From Eledone cirrhosa (taxonomy: Eukaryota): DNA of 64,000 bases. The notes below the pieces were generated by a model. It was not told where the DNA came from. It worked only from the letters and a program-made list of their open reading frames with translations, and ran no database searches. How positions within the stretch are numbered: position 1 is the first letter of the stretch; each line of letters begins with the position of its first letter. Shown one piece after another: positions 47,032 to 61,229 of the stretch. The stretch lies in assembly GCA_964016885.1 (NCBI GenBank), contig OZ024752.1, forward strand, positions 35,340,001 through 35,404,000, given 5' to 3'. The position numbers and the translations under genes were made by a program.

Positions 47032-47092
47032 TATATAGAATAATGTAAGTGCTAAAGTGTTAAATACACAATTTTCTCTCATCCATGTACAT

Positions 47093-47425
47093 TGCATGGC
47101 CAAATGGCTAAGAAGCTTGCTTCATAATCATAACAATCCCAGATTCAAACCCACCGTGGGGCATGTTAAACAAGTGTTATTTACGATAGTCTCGAGTCGA
47201 CCCTAGCCTTATAGATGAAATTCGTTAAGCGGAAACTTATTGGAAGGCATAGAGTGTACCTATAATGCAAAAGGGCCAGCTTTGTAATACATTGTCTAAT
47301 GCTGAATCTCCCTGAGAATTACCTAGGATTAAACATGTCTTTTGAACATTCAGCTGCGTATATGTTAATTTCACGAACAGGTTATTCCGTTAACTACAGC
47401 ACTCCTCGTTAAAACCGATGGAAGT
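47093..47425 (+). mobile_element. Degenerate tRNA-derived SINE
   Basis: A-box tggccaaatgg and B-box-like agattcaaaccc; diverged relative of family B. Confidence 0.55.
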
Positions 47426-47721
47426 TCAAATACATTTTCATTTCCATATATCTTTCTTTCTTTCTCTTCACTGAATCAGTGTCATCAAAAGAATTCCATA
47501 CATCCTTTGTATGGTTACTCGAGAAGATGCTATCTTAATTAAAAAGACACACATATTCGCAGTATCTGATAGATAACTTCTACAATAGTGTTATATTCAT
47601 ACTAGACTGTATTCAACACGTCTTTTTCATCTATTTATTTGATGCAAAAACGAAACAAATCTTTAAAGCTTCAACTGAACAAAACGTGCAAAATATTGTT
47701 TATCATTAAATGTGCTTCCTA

Positions 47722-48186
47722 AGGTGGTGGATTGGCAGTAAAATTGGTAGAGCGTCGAGCAACATGCTTGGCAGCATATAGATGTGACCTTTTACTTTCT
47801 GAGCTCAAATCCCACCGAGGTTAACTTTGCGACTCATGCTTACGCGGTCGATAACATAAAGTACCAGTCATGCACTAGGGTCGATTTAATCGACTTTCCC
47901 CTCCCCCCAAATTGCTGGCCTTGTGCCTATATATGAAACCATAATTAAATATGGCTTCTAAGGTGGTGGATTGGCAGTGAAATAGGTAGAGCTTCGGATA
48001 ACATGCTTGGCAGTATATAGATGCGGCCCTTTACGTTCTGAGCTCAAATCCCATTGAGGTTAACTTTGATTTTCATCTTTAGGAGGTTAATAAAATAAAG
48101 TACCTGTCACACACTGGCGTCGATTTAATCCACTTTTCCCACCCCCCAAAATTGTGGGCCTTGTGCCTAAATAAGAAACCATTATT
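47722..48186 (+). mobile_element. Two tandem SINE family A copies (47722-47946, 47961-48186)
   Basis: Head, B-box, central domain and tail each occur twice. Confidence 0.85.
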
Positions 48187-50070
48187 GAACGTGGTTTCCA
48201 CCCCTAACAATACTCGTCAATGATGTATAGTTCTGAGTCTTGGAGAGGGGAGGCTGGTATGCATAGACGACTGTTGGTCTGAAGAAAGGCTGAAGAATGA
48301 AGTAAAAACAACTTCAAGAAACTGAGTACCTTAGAAAGTATACGCCAGTTTGCCATCTATGTTATACAATATAGTGTATATATATAGTGTATATATATAT
48401 ATATATGCAATGAACTACTTACATATATACAGAGAGGATAGTATCTTAATTAAAAAGAAAGAAAACGCGTAACGTATGAAAAATTACTTCTTCAATACCA
48501 TTATATTCATAGAATATATTTAGCAGCTCTATTTACTGAAGGGAAAAGCACTCCATAAATAATAAACAACAGATTTTCAATATAGCTTAACCCGAGCTAA
48601 AAGTGTAAAATATTGTTTAGCATTGAATGGAGTATCTATATTAACAATATATAACAATGATATATAGTTTTCTATTCTTTAACATTGTCCTCGCTGGTAG
48701 AAATATTTGTAGAATGCACATAGGAAAAGTAATAATCTTGATTTGAAAATTCAATTCACGTTATCTATCTCGTAAGAAATTCGAGAATTCAAACCATTGG
48801 TGAATTTCTTCTATTTTCTCCTCACATGACTACAAAACTTAGAACTTGCTTAATCCATTTCATATCTTATATTAAACTTATCTCATTCACATATCAACAT
48901 TCATTTTTCCATCTAATCCACTTATTCTATAGAACTAGTAAGAAGCATATACTCAATGTTTAGTACAATAGTCATCTAACTAAATGCTAACAAACTAAAA
49001 GGATTAGGAACAGATTTTCTCACGTTGTCTTTTTAACAATGTTTAACCATTTCATATTAATAGAATCACACATGAATGCTGCTTAAGTCAAACAGGAAGA
49101 ATACTCCATGCATATATATATAGATATTTGTGACATAAGTCTAGAGAAATGTTTATCCTAGGTATCGAACCCGAGCCCAAGTCTTTGGTTACCGATGGCC
49201 TTTCTTTACAATACTTTCCATTATATTGTTCACATTAAAGGTTATACTCATTAGTGTACAAATATATATTTTACGCTCATCTTAAGATATAACTTGGTTT
49301 GCTTTTCTAAAGATGAAATACAATAATCCTTAATGATTGTGAGTTCATATGGTGTATATATTTATTCTGTGTGTTTTATCGAAGTTCTTATTCAATTAAA
49401 ACTAAGGACATAATGTTTTGGCTTATTGAAAAGTATCATTGCACTTTCTAACACTAAGTACTCTTTTTAACAAATGTCATAAACCGTAGGTTATAATCAA
49501 CAAATTTCATGTATGGAAACATAAAGGCCGGAATTCTGATCGATAGAAAAGAGATCGATTTCAGCACAAAAAGAATTATTCTAAATATATATATATTTTT
49601 TTTTGCATTAGATTTTAGCATATGCATCAAATCTATAAACAGCATGAATATGGAAGCCGATAAATGCTAAATTCTCAACCATTCTAACGGTTTCTTTACC
49701 AATTGTAACGTTATCATAAACTTCTAAAATGGCAGGTCAACGAGGGAGCCTCTACGTGTTCATTCGACCCGCTAGATATGGCAATCAATTCTCTCTCGAG
49801 TTACATTCTAATGCCTTAAATAACGTAGGAACTGGATAGATCACTGGTTCTAGAAATTACACACGGCTTAATTTCTTCCAGGAATTTCGACCGGTAGGTA
49901 GTATCAGCTATGGGAAGACCAACTGAAACAATGTCTCCTTCGTCCAATGTAGGAAAGTGAATGAGATCCGGGATCTTGGCGATCGATCCGATTGATTATT
50001 TACAGGAACTGGAAAGATTTCGCGGCATTTTGGGAATAAACGGTTTTAATAAAAAATCTATTATAATTAC

Positions 50071-50102
<32 letters not shown>

Positions 50103-50175
50103 CGAAGGAAGTGTGGTAAGGAACCAGGTGGACCATAACGCACCAGAGTACTCGGTACTTAGGGTAGTAGAGTGG

Positions 50176-50342
50176 TCTTTCCAATTGCTAATATTATCTA
50201 CCGGTCGCAACTCCTGGCAGAAGGAACAGCATGAAATAAAGTGTCTTGCTCAAGACAAGATCACAACACATCGCATGGCCTGGGAATCGGACTCACAACC
50301 TCGCCATAGCCAATCCAACTCTCTAACCACTAAGCCACGCCT
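50176..50342 (-). mobile_element. SINE family B
   Basis: Reverse complement of the head at 33491. Confidence 0.75.
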
Positions 50343-50682
50343 ATTTATATAGTCGAGTCTATAAATGTAAATAATATAAATGGCAGAAAATTATTATTTA
50401 TTTAAATTCTTTATTCAATAAATGAAGCATAGCTGTCAATAAAAATATCAGCTTGATGTTTTTCCAAGATATTTTCTATATTTTTCTATATTTCAAATAA
50501 ACATATCTTCTTTTCATCTTTTACAGTTTACAGCTATATTTTGTATCATATTAAGACTTTATATTTAGTATTTCAGTTTGTATTTTTCTCATTTTAGAAA
50601 TATATTATTATTTTTGCAGTGAGCGACAGCAAATGGTAGAGTTTGTTTCGCTGTGCTGTTTGGGCGCCACTGTATAAAATAA

Positions 50683-50905
50683 TTGATTTTAATTTAGGCA
50701 CAAGGCCAACAATTTTGGAGGGAGAGAGGAAAGTCCATTAAATCGATCCCAGTGGGTTACTGCTACTTTATTTTATCGACCCTGAAAGGATGAAAGGCAA
50801 AGCTAACTTCGGTGGGATTTAAACTCAAAACGTAAAGGGACGTAACTCTATACCACAAAGAATGTTGTCCGACGCTCTACAGATTCTACTGCCAATCCGC
50901 CACCT
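50683..50905 (-). mobile_element. SINE family A with target-site duplication ctgtataaaataat
   Basis: Full motifs; 14-bp direct repeat on both sides. Confidence 0.85.
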
Positions 50906-53085
50906 GTATAAAATAATATATTCCTAAATGCCTTGGAACTGACGCAGTGATCACGGGCCTGCTCGGGCTGGAGGATGAACTGGAGCTAAACGAAAACGAC
51001 AGCAACACCAAGAAGAACAACCTTTTACTGTAGATCAAACAAAGATTTACTTGCTGGAGTATGTAAGGGTTTAAACTATAAATATAAATTTAAATTGTAA
51101 ATGTTCCGCATTACTTAACGAAATATTATATTTCATAAATAATATATAAATAGTATAACTACTAAATTCTACATTTTTTGTCTATCTGATATATTTGCAT
51201 ATAAAATATTTATAATTTGTTTATACTATAGCTATTGTAGTTGATAGTTGGTAATATTTTATTTAAACCTCTGCCAAATAATTCAAAAATATCCGGTCTT
51301 TAATTTTATCACTCACCTGGAAATCGAGTGATTATGAAATTAGTGCTTTTAAACACTTCATTGGAAGTGAATCAAAATATTCCTGGATTCATTATAAATA
51401 GTCACCTTCTTCATTGGTAAATTCTTCAGTACAGATATTAGACAGATATTAGATGAATTTCCAAAATGTGGCAATTTCCATAACATTAAATTTTTCAATT
51501 TATTATTCTGCATTACAAATTGCATCGTAAAATAAACTTTTTTTTTTTTGTTGATAACTCTACTTACAGAACTAGTGAAAGTAATTATGAAACTGTTTGC
51601 TTATTTTGAGATGTTATCACCTTTTTTTTATATTATTATTAGTGAAAATTTTGCATATATTCATTTTCGTAAAAGCTTGCTGTTTTCATTTTAAATCGAA
51701 AATTACTCTGACGTTAGAATTTTGTTGTAGTATTGAGTCAAAGTAATATTTGAAGATTTTTTTTTAAAGATTCAGTAATAACATGTAATAGATATTTTTG
51801 AAATAAATTAGATAAGATTTAATCGATCAGACAGGAAATGTCAAACAAAGAATTAAATATTTTGCATTAGACAACTAACTATTTATTTATTATTTATTTT
51901 TTCTAATAATTTTGTAATATTCCATTCGTTAATTTTAGTCGTTGTCTGGTAACTTATTCTGCTGTATGATTAAATGATGACGAGAAAGCTGCTCTAAAGT
52001 GCAAAGGTTTAATCAAAATGCCTCATATTTTGTTTATATGTTAACCCGTGGAATATGTGCTTAAACTAGCTTAGCAACAAAAATATTTTGAATTACTTTA
52101 AACCAAACCTTTCCCCTGGATAGTTATTAAAATATTTGTCAAAAACGTTGATTGTTGTCCAACAGTTATATTCTGGTAAACTTCGAAAGTCCTTTACTCG
52201 GTTGCCTGATAAATTCGAAACAAACACATGGATTATGTTTATGAATACAGTGCATGCTTGCTTAGTGTTTCATGTGAATGACATAAAACAAATTTAGGGT
52301 ACTCCATCTGACAGATGATACGTTGGAAAGAGCTCTGTCCGCTCATTCTGCTACTCGTTTGAGAATTAAGCTTCTAATCCAACAGATTAGATACAGTTGC
52401 AACTCATTAAAGCAGAACTTTGCCTTTCAATTATTTAACGTAGATAAAAAAAGTACCAGTTTAAAACCTGGATTGATTCTTCTTCTATATGTCTTTCTTA
52501 CTTTCATTCTCTCTTACTTTATATCGTTCTCTAGAAGAAATGTGCTGTATTCAGACGTTGAGAGGAGATGGACTCTGCCAGGTTTTAAAATGCCCTTAAA
52601 ACTCCACATGTCAATATGGTGCCCCTACGACTCCCTCGGGAGTTACGGGACCACGTATGCATGGTTATGATCGTAAATCCAACACCCTTACCATTAGGCC
52701 ACATGCCTCTGTTAAGCGAAGTACTGAGAAGAGGAAGAACACAAGCTTCTGGTTAGTATCTACGATTACATCTATCTAGGACGTTCTTGTTAATGATTTT
52801 TAAAAGGATTTACTTTGATCTTACTACTTATTTCAAAAATCTAACACAAATCCCAACTGAAATAGTTTTTTAACGACACTGAGTCTGTCACAGTAACCAA
52901 ATCTAAAAAGAATAGAAACGTAGTATATTCTCATGTAAGTGGGTGAAATGTATACAAAAGAATATAAGAAAATTATATAATAGAATGTTTTTAGCTGGTT
53001 TGATAAATCTAAATCTACCCAAATATTCAGATTTCTCAGTCCACAAGAACGCGAAAGGTACCAGAGTTTATCAGAATAATAATAA

Positions 53086-53298
53086 TCATTTATACTATCG
53101 GCACAAGGCCAGCAATTTGGGTGAGAGTGAAAGGGGTTTTAAATCGACTCCAGTGCATTACTGGTACTTTATTTTATCGACCCCGTAAGGATGAAAGGCA
53201 AAGCAAATCCCGGCAGGATTTGAACGCAGAAAGTAAAGGACCGTAACTCTATGCCAAAGAACATGTTGTTCGACACTCAACCGATACTGCCAATCCAA
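53086..53298 (-). mobile_element. SINE family A
   Basis: Full motifs, adjacent to (AAT)n. Confidence 0.85.
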
Positions 53299-53434
53299 TA
53301 GTAATTATTATTTTCCTTTCTGAACATGGCAGAACTTAGTGTCTCTTGGGGGTCACTGGTTGTGATTTGATGATAACTCGTATGAATACAAAGCAAAATA
53401 AGAATTATAATAATGATAATGATAATAATAATAT

Positions 53435-54013
53435 TGATGTGATGGGAAGGGTGATCCACTGGCACCTATGCAAAGTAAACAATTTACCACATTCTGAGAA
53501 GTGGTATGAGCATAAGCCAGAGTCGGTGATAGAAAACGATCAGGTGAAGGTGTTGTGGGATTTTAGGATACAGACGGATAAGAAACTGGAACACAATAGA
53601 CCTGACCTGGTGGTTGTGGACAAAGAAAAAAGATCGTGCCTGATTGTGGATGTGGCCTGCCCATTCGACACGAGAGTGCAAGAGAAGGAGAGGGAGAAAA
53701 TTAACCGATACCAGGACTTAAAGTGGGAGGTAAAAAGGATTTGGAACTGCCATGAAGTCAAAGTGATCCCGATTGTCATAGGTGCACTAGGGACTATCTC
53801 AAAACGTTTCCAGAGATGGTTGAAGAAAATTGGCCCCTTCACGCTTTTTGGAACGCTTCAGAAGGCATGTTTGCTGGGAACAGCAAGAACCCTCCGATAC
53901 GTCCTGAATATCTGAGGCTGCAGGTAGTGGCTTGATATTCATTTCAACAAACTTTCCAGTTAACTAACATCAATGACTGAGACTCAAAGAATAATAATAA
54001 TAATAATAATAAT
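53435..54013 (+). mobile_element. R4/Dong-type LINE 3' end: restriction-like endonuclease domain (stop at 53915), short UTR, (AAT)n tail
   Basis: HWHLC..WYEHKP..EN..LWDF.IQTD..HNRPDLVV..IVDVACP..EK..RY..L..PIVIGALG..LQKA.LLGT; (AAT)n on both sides. Confidence 0.88.
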
Positions 54014-54199
54014 AATTGTTTCTACGTTTGGCACAAGGCCAGCAATTACCCAGTACATTACTGGTACTTTATTTTATCGACCCCGTAAGGATGAAAGGCA
54101 AAGTTAACCTCGGCGGGATTTGAACTCAGAATGGCAAGGGCCGTAACTCTATGCATCAAAGCATGGCGTCCAACCCTCTACCGATACTGCCGATCCACA
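54014..54199 (-). mobile_element. SINE family A
   Basis: Full motifs within (AAT)n. Confidence 0.88.
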
Positions 54200-54210
54200 A
54201 TAATAATAAT

Positions 54211-54660
54211 AAGAGGGTATGCCTGCTAATTGATATATCCGTTCCAATAGGCAAGAATGTATCTATAAAAACATTTGAAAAATTGAGCAACTATAAAGAC
54301 CTGGAGATAGAAATTGGAAAAATGTGGAAGTTGAGAACTTAAACAATACCAGTGGTTGAGGCGCTCTAGGATTGATACATAAGGGGTCTAATGATTACGT
54401 ATCGCAAATCCCAGGAAACCCGCGTATAGGAGAAATACAAAAGATAGTGTATGGGCAGTTCCGATTAGGACTAAGGAAGTTTCTGTCAATATAAGTACAT
54501 CACAGGTCTAAACACCTAAAGATGCATGTGTGTGTATGTATGTTCTTTCTTGAACATGGCGGGCCTTGTTGTCTCTTGAGGTCACTGGTTGTGACCTGGT
54601 GATAACTCGTATGAACATAAAGCAAAATAAATGCAATAATAGTAATAATAATAGTAATAA
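54211..54660 (+). mobile_element. Second, degenerate R4/Dong-type LINE 3' fragment; its UTR end is also present at 53314-53403
   Basis: CLLIDISVP..EKLSNYKDLEIEIGKMWKL..IPVV..ALG; (AAT)n tail. Confidence 0.8.
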
Positions 54661-54727
54661 TAATATTTCAGCCATTTAAAATAATTCTGCTTAATATAAT
54701 TAAACTAGTTTTACAGAATGTATTAAT

Positions 54728-54901
54728 AATTGTTTCTACTTTAGGCACAAGGCCAGCATTTACCCAGTTCATTACTGGTACTTTATTTTATCGACCCCGT
54801 AAGGATGAAAGGCAAAGTCAACCTCGGCGGGATTTGAACTCAGATCGTAAAGGGACGTAACTATGCTGGAAAGCATGGTGTCCGACCCTCTACCAATCCA
54901 C
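54728..54901 (-). mobile_element. SINE family A flanked by a direct duplication of about 72 bp
   Basis: 54659-54730 is repeated at 54902-54975. Confidence 0.85.
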
Positions 54902-55263
54902 AATAATATTTCAGCCATTTAAAATAATTTTGCTTAATATAATTAAACTACTGTTTTACAGAATTTATTAATAATAAAAGGTTTCCAATCTTTTTCCTGC
55001 GTACCAGTATAATACTTAAAATATGACTCCAAGGAGTTTCAGTTACTTGCAATATTATCTTTAAATTGTAGAGATCACCTTACGGATATATATGAGTTTT
55101 ATTGCTAGAAACTGCGGTGTCGTATTCAGAGCTAATTATATTCCAGATATTGTTTGGTTGGCTGTTAAAAATAATTATGGGTGTTTAGAGGAAAGCTATT
55201 CTAAGAAATCTTTCATGGGATTTGAATCAAAGAAGCTTGACTAACTATATCTTTCAATTTCAG

Positions 55264-55343
55264 GATATATTTTTGGAAAAGTTTGCCTTCGATGATCTGA
55301 CAATTGTGCTACATATAATTTTTAATCCTGAAAAGAGACACAA
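55264..55343 (+). CDS. Candidate internal exon of an unidentified host gene (DIFLEKFAFDDLTIVLHIIFNPEKRH)
   Basis: Pyrimidine-tract acceptor ctttcaatttcag, donor aa/gtacga, one open frame, phase-compatible with the next candidate exon. No recognisable homology. Confidence 0.35.
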
Positions 55344-55520
55344 GTACGAGTATTATAGAGGTTATGTTACTTTATAGCTGCTAATTTGATAATAAAGGTA
55401 CCGTTAACTTTTCGAACGGAAAAATAAGGACATAAGCGTCCGTTGATCAATGTTGCGAGCAATATTTACTCAAGAATAATGATATAGGAATTCTGAACGT
55501 CATTTTTGTTCTCTTAATAG

Positions 55521-55665
55521 CTACCGGCATTATTGTGTCAGATATGTTCAATACAAGAAATACGCATTGCTGGACAAGTTCCAGTCCACCTACGAATTTT
55601 TATTAATATTTGAATCGAGAAAAATAACGAGAGTTTTTCTATCGTTCACGCAACTGGTCTGGTTA
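55521..55665 (+). CDS. Candidate internal exon (YRHYCVRYVQYKKYALLDKFQSTYEFLLIFESRKITRVFLSFTQLVWL)
   Basis: Acceptor ttttgttctcttaatag; open in the phase predicted from the previous exon; donor gttagt or gtaaga. Confidence 0.35.
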
Positions 55666-56324
55666 GTAAGATAAGCAGATAGAAATGATGACGAAGGAAA
55701 CAAGTTTTGTCAAGAATTTAAAAAACATTTTTGTCTCGGAAAATCTAAGAGGTTAATTTCTAAAATTTCTTTCCTAATATATATATATATCATGATAAGT
55801 TAAACTTTACCGAAAGTATTGTAATCACAAACCGATCATTATTGAATGACACGTCTTGACATCACAGTAACTTTATTCTAGATTTCAATGTGAACTCAGT
55901 AGAAACAGTACAAATTCAATATGTGAGTTATTTTCTCTCATTTTCGAAATTCAATTGAACATTCTTTATTTGATTTTACCTTCTTTTAACCTACCATCTT
56001 CTAAAGATTACAATTGTTTTCCACTCTAACAAAAATTCGTCTATTATTAATGACTAGATATATATAGGACGTAACTTAATCAAGGATGAGTCATACTGTA
56101 GACAGTAGTCACAAACATTTTTTGATTTTTTAATGATTAGTTTTGAAACCTACAAATACATTGTTGTATTCTATTTTAATGAAAAACAATCCTCATCTAA
56201 TCTACATATATTTAGAAAGACATATTGATTAATCAAATACATAGGTCTATTACTCAAGTTATATGTTTGTAGAGAGTTTTTATCCAGTGACAGTAAACGT
56301 TCAGTTAAGTCTAAAGTTCAAAAT

Positions 56325-56595
56325 CTGTTTCGCGCTCATCAAGCTGATGCATATCTCAGTTTCCTTGGTGTTAAGTGGCGGTGAGTAGAAGACTTCTTTC
56401 CCACTGGCCAGGACGCCAATCTATCGCAGCATTAAATCCCCAGCTATTGCTGCCACTTATTTTCAGCTAAGTATACTGGAGCAACGTCAAATGAAATGTT
56501 TTGTTCAAGAACACAACACACAACCCAGTTCAGGAATCAAACCCACGACATTATGATCGTAAGTCCAACACCCTTAACACAAGGCCACATGCCTC
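56325..56595 (-). mobile_element. SINE family B, long form
   Basis: tRNA-like head and tgctccagt..agctgaaaataagt segment; related to 61795-62043. Confidence 0.7.
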
Positions 56596-58354
56596 TGTTA
56601 AGCGAAGTACTGAGAAGGGGAAGTACACAAGCTTCTTTTTTCTGATAACAACTCTTTTTTCTGATAACCAGAATGGTTATGGGGTGGAGGAGGGTTTAAT
56701 AAATTTAGTTCATGTTTAATTTTGATTATATGGTCAAATAATTTATACAAAAGCAAAAAACAAATCTTATTTAGTAAGAAAAAAAAGGGGGGGGGGACAA
56801 AAGGAAAGAAAGAATAGGGAAATATAGAGAAAAAAAAGAGAGAGAGAAAGAAGAAAAGGAACGGGAAAGGGAGGGGATAAGAAGAGCTCTGGTGTCGCAG
56901 AAGAACGGGATGATTATTGTCAATTATCAATTGTAGTGTGGGTAAGAGGAAGAGAGACCAGTATGATATCTAGTGGAAAATATGATAAAAATGAAAAGTG
57001 ATCAATATATAGAATGGGCTTAAATAGCCGAAAGACGTTGCTGGACGTTTGATGTAGATAGGAGGATAATCTAGAAAGTAACTTTCATTTTCAGATTCAG
57101 AAAATAAATATTCAACCTTGAGTAGTTGCAAGGCCCTTCCAGAACAGCCATGCACCTCATATTAGAGGAATAATCACTGGTTTGACAGTAAGGTATTTTT
57201 ACGAGGTAAACCTTCCGCAATCATGCAGTACAACCTTACGTTCTAGCCTTCATTATGTCTTCTCTGCAACTACTATAACCGATTCTACTCTTCTGGACTT
57301 ATAGAAAATGATATCACTTCACTGAACCCCTTGTGGATGCTCTCTCATGCTATCTATCTATCTATCTATTTATCTTCATCTCTCTTATCTTCTCATTATG
57401 TTAAAATAGTTACTAAACTCTTTTGTTCAATCCTTCCTCTTCAGAACTGTAAAGTCAGTACGACTTACTCTTCTCACTTAACTACCTGTTGAACTTAAAG
57501 CAGCACATTAGTTGTTATTGATCTTACCAAGGGCCATTAGCAGTGACTTCTCTCTAAAGTGAACTCGTAGAGAAAGGAACAACAGCAAAATAAAATAAGT
57601 TAACCGTTAATATCTCTTGGTCAGAATTTAAACGCAACAACACACTCGCTGACTTTATGATTATGTATGTATATTCCAACGATGCGACCCACTTTATTCG
57701 GATATAAGGAAAAAAGAGATTCTTATTTGCTTGCATTAATTCAATAAAAACACTCGGATACACAAACGAAATTGGAAGTATTCTGATCTAGCTACTTCTT
57801 ATATTACTGATACTCTTCTTCATTTTTTTCACACTGTCCATAAAAAGATTATGTAGAGCTTTCCGATTTTCCGCCTAGTAATCGGTCAATTACATAAAAT
57901 CTTGCTTCTCCTATTTACGGATTTATTAAGATTTTATTATTACAAACTACAGCGATGAACTGTCATAATCAAAGATCAAATAGTAGTTAAAAAAACAGGA
58001 AGAAAGTAGAAGTATTATAGGTCAAAACTATCTTACTTTACTAATTATTGAACATACAGTTTTTAGAATGTCTGTCGTTTATATATATCAATGATATATA
58101 TCAATGATGATGATGATTGTATATATATATATATTTATTTATATATAAAGGTTTACATATATATATATAAAAGTCATAGATATATATATGTTTTGCACCG
58201 CGAAGGGGCTGCTTTCGGATTTTTGTCGGAGATTTCTTCATAAGAGCCTTTATTCTTATAGCTTGGTCTAATTGATCTTTTATATGGTTAATTATGCTAA
58301 TTGGGAGAGGAAATGGTATATACTATATCTAGTGATTCTGAAGAGATATTTTAT

Positions 58355-58368
58355 GATATATATATATA

Positions 58369-58399
<31 letters not shown>

Positions 58400-58696
58400 T
58401 TATTTATATATATATATTTATTTATTTATATATATATTTATTTATTTATATATATATATATTTATATATATATGTATATATATATTTATATATATATATA
58501 TTTATTTATTTATATATATATATTTATATATATATGTATATATATATTTATATATATATATATTTATTTATATATATATATTTATTTATTTATATATATA
58601 TATATATTTATTTATTTATATATATATATATTTATATTTATATATATATATTTATTTATATATATATATTTATTTATTTATATATATATATATATA

Positions 58697-58727
<31 letters not shown>

Positions 58728-58984
58728 TTATTTATATATATATATTTATTTATATATATATATTTATTTATATATATATATTTATTTATTTATATATATA
58801 TATTTATTTATATATATATATTTATTTATTTATATATATATATTTATTTATTTATATATATATATTTATATATATATATATATATTTATTTATATATATA
58901 TATATATTTATTTATTTATATATATATATATTTATATATATATATATTTATTTATATATATATATATTTATATATATATATATT

Positions 58985-59015
<31 letters not shown>

Positions 59016-59237
59016 ATATTTATATTTATTTATATATATATTTATATTTATTTATATATATATATATTTATATTTATTTATATATATATATATTTATTTA
59101 TATATATATATATTTATTTATTTATATATATATATATTTATTTATATATATATATTTATATATATATATATATTTATTTATATATATATATTTATAATAT
59201 ATATATATTTATATATATATTTATTTATATATATATA

Positions 59238-59276
<39 letters not shown>

Positions 59277-59495
59277 TTATATATATATATATTTATATAT
59301 ATATATATTTATTTATTTATATATTTATATATATATAAATATTTATTTATTTATATATATATAAATATTTATTTATATATATATATATATAAATATTTAT
59401 TTATATATATATATATATATAAATATTTATTTATATATATATATATATAAATATTTATTTATATATATATATAAATATATATATATTTATATATA

Positions 59496-59536
<41 letters not shown>

Positions 59537-59590
59537 TTATTTATATATATTTATTTATATATATATATATATATTTATTTATATATACAT
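58355..59590. repeat. (TA)n/(TTTA)n compound microsatellite
   Basis: Seen directly. Confidence 0.95.
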
Positions 59591-59721
59591 ATTGATGATT
59601 TCTAAAGAATGAAACAGTTCTAGTCCTGTAGAATCTCATCTATATTAAAGCTTTTATACTCTGCAATGTATTGAGTACCTTACTTACTGTGGTTACCTCC
59701 GATTCAACCCGGAATAACGTA

Positions 59722-59770
<49 letters not shown>

Positions 59771-59783
59771 TTATATATATATA

Positions 59784-59824
<41 letters not shown>

Positions 59825-59843
59825 TTATATATATATATCTATA

Positions 59844-59888
<45 letters not shown>

Positions 59889-59910
59889 TTATATATATAT
59901 ATATATATAT

Positions 59911-60047
59911 GGAAAGTTATATTTAAATTGTTGGGTTAACAACGAGTAAATATTTATAACTGATATTGTTAATATGATATCCCTGAAATATATATATATG
60001 AAATAAATATGGTTTTATAAATATAGTTTCCATTTATTTAATATCAT
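59911..60047. mobile_element. Inverted derivative of the 9561/37739 hammerhead family (putative tail on minus, truncated hammerhead on plus)
   Basis: 59978-60047 matches the 3' half of 37775-37843; 59911-59973 read on minus contains aatatc..ACTCG. Confidence 0.6.
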
Positions 60048-60086
60048 ATATATATATATATATATTTATTTATATATATATATATA

Positions 60087-60160
<74 letters not shown>

Positions 60161-60510
60161 TTGGAGCTCTGAAATAGCAATATATATATGGATGTCTATA
60201 TAATGTATTTTGCAATACATTTTATGCTTAATTAAAAGCATTTTGAAGACCGTAAGCTATTGTTTTAAAGTAGTGACAAATTCACTCACTTATCATTTAT
60301 TTTGTTTTGACCTGTTTAGCTTGATTTGGTTTGGGGCTTGGGTGGTTAATCCCTTCTTGACCATCTTTTCAGTTTTGTATGGCTTCTTAACACATTGTTT
60401 AGCTCTGGTTTTTAACTATTGAGCACTTTGCCAGTATCATTTCTGATTTTTGCGTTTCGCCTCGCTTTTCCTGCCCCCCGCCGAAATGCCAATCTCGCTG
60501 AATCTTTATT

Positions 60511-60567
<57 letters not shown>

Positions 60568-61229
60568 AGACAGAAAGAGAGAGAGAAGCTTTCGCCGTAT
60601 TTTTGGAATATAACTCAACACGAGACGGACCATTGTAACAGCATCGAGTGTTTAGAACGACGAACCACCTGTAACTGAGTTATGCACTTACCTAACACAC
60701 ACACACACACACAGTCCGAGAGATCGGCTACATATATGGAATGTTTCTTTATTGTTGTTAATAGTATTGAGAAGAGATTGTGTAAAGGATACACTGCGTG
60801 AGACTGATTATGAAAAATGCCTTGCGTAGAATGCATACGAACTCTGTAAGACAGACATTTTCAACGACTGTGCTAAGTAAGGTCCACTTATGGTTCGCAG
60901 GTGAGCAACGACTTTTTAAGACTTGTCGAGAAAATGTCAAGATATTTAGAACTGATATAATCAACCATTATTAAACATTGTAATACCTTTCCAGAGAACG
61001 ACTATTTTTTCTATTCATATACATCATGCATAATGAAAGGGTCCATTGGAAATGAGAGAAAATGCAGGAAAAGGACAGACAAAGGTTTTATCGATCGAAA
61101 AAAGAAACAATAAAGAAAAGAAAAGAAAAGAAAAGAAAAGAAAAGAAAAACGAAGGCTGAGAGAAGAGAAGAGAAGAAAGTAAAAATAGGGAAGACGAAG
61201 AGGTAACAATCCGAAAAAGCTCAACGTGA

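Noticed and set aside
52657-52750. Similarity to 56552-56635 (also 47531-47712 versus 48442-48628)
   Set aside because: Looks like ordinary old local duplication; no functional signal.
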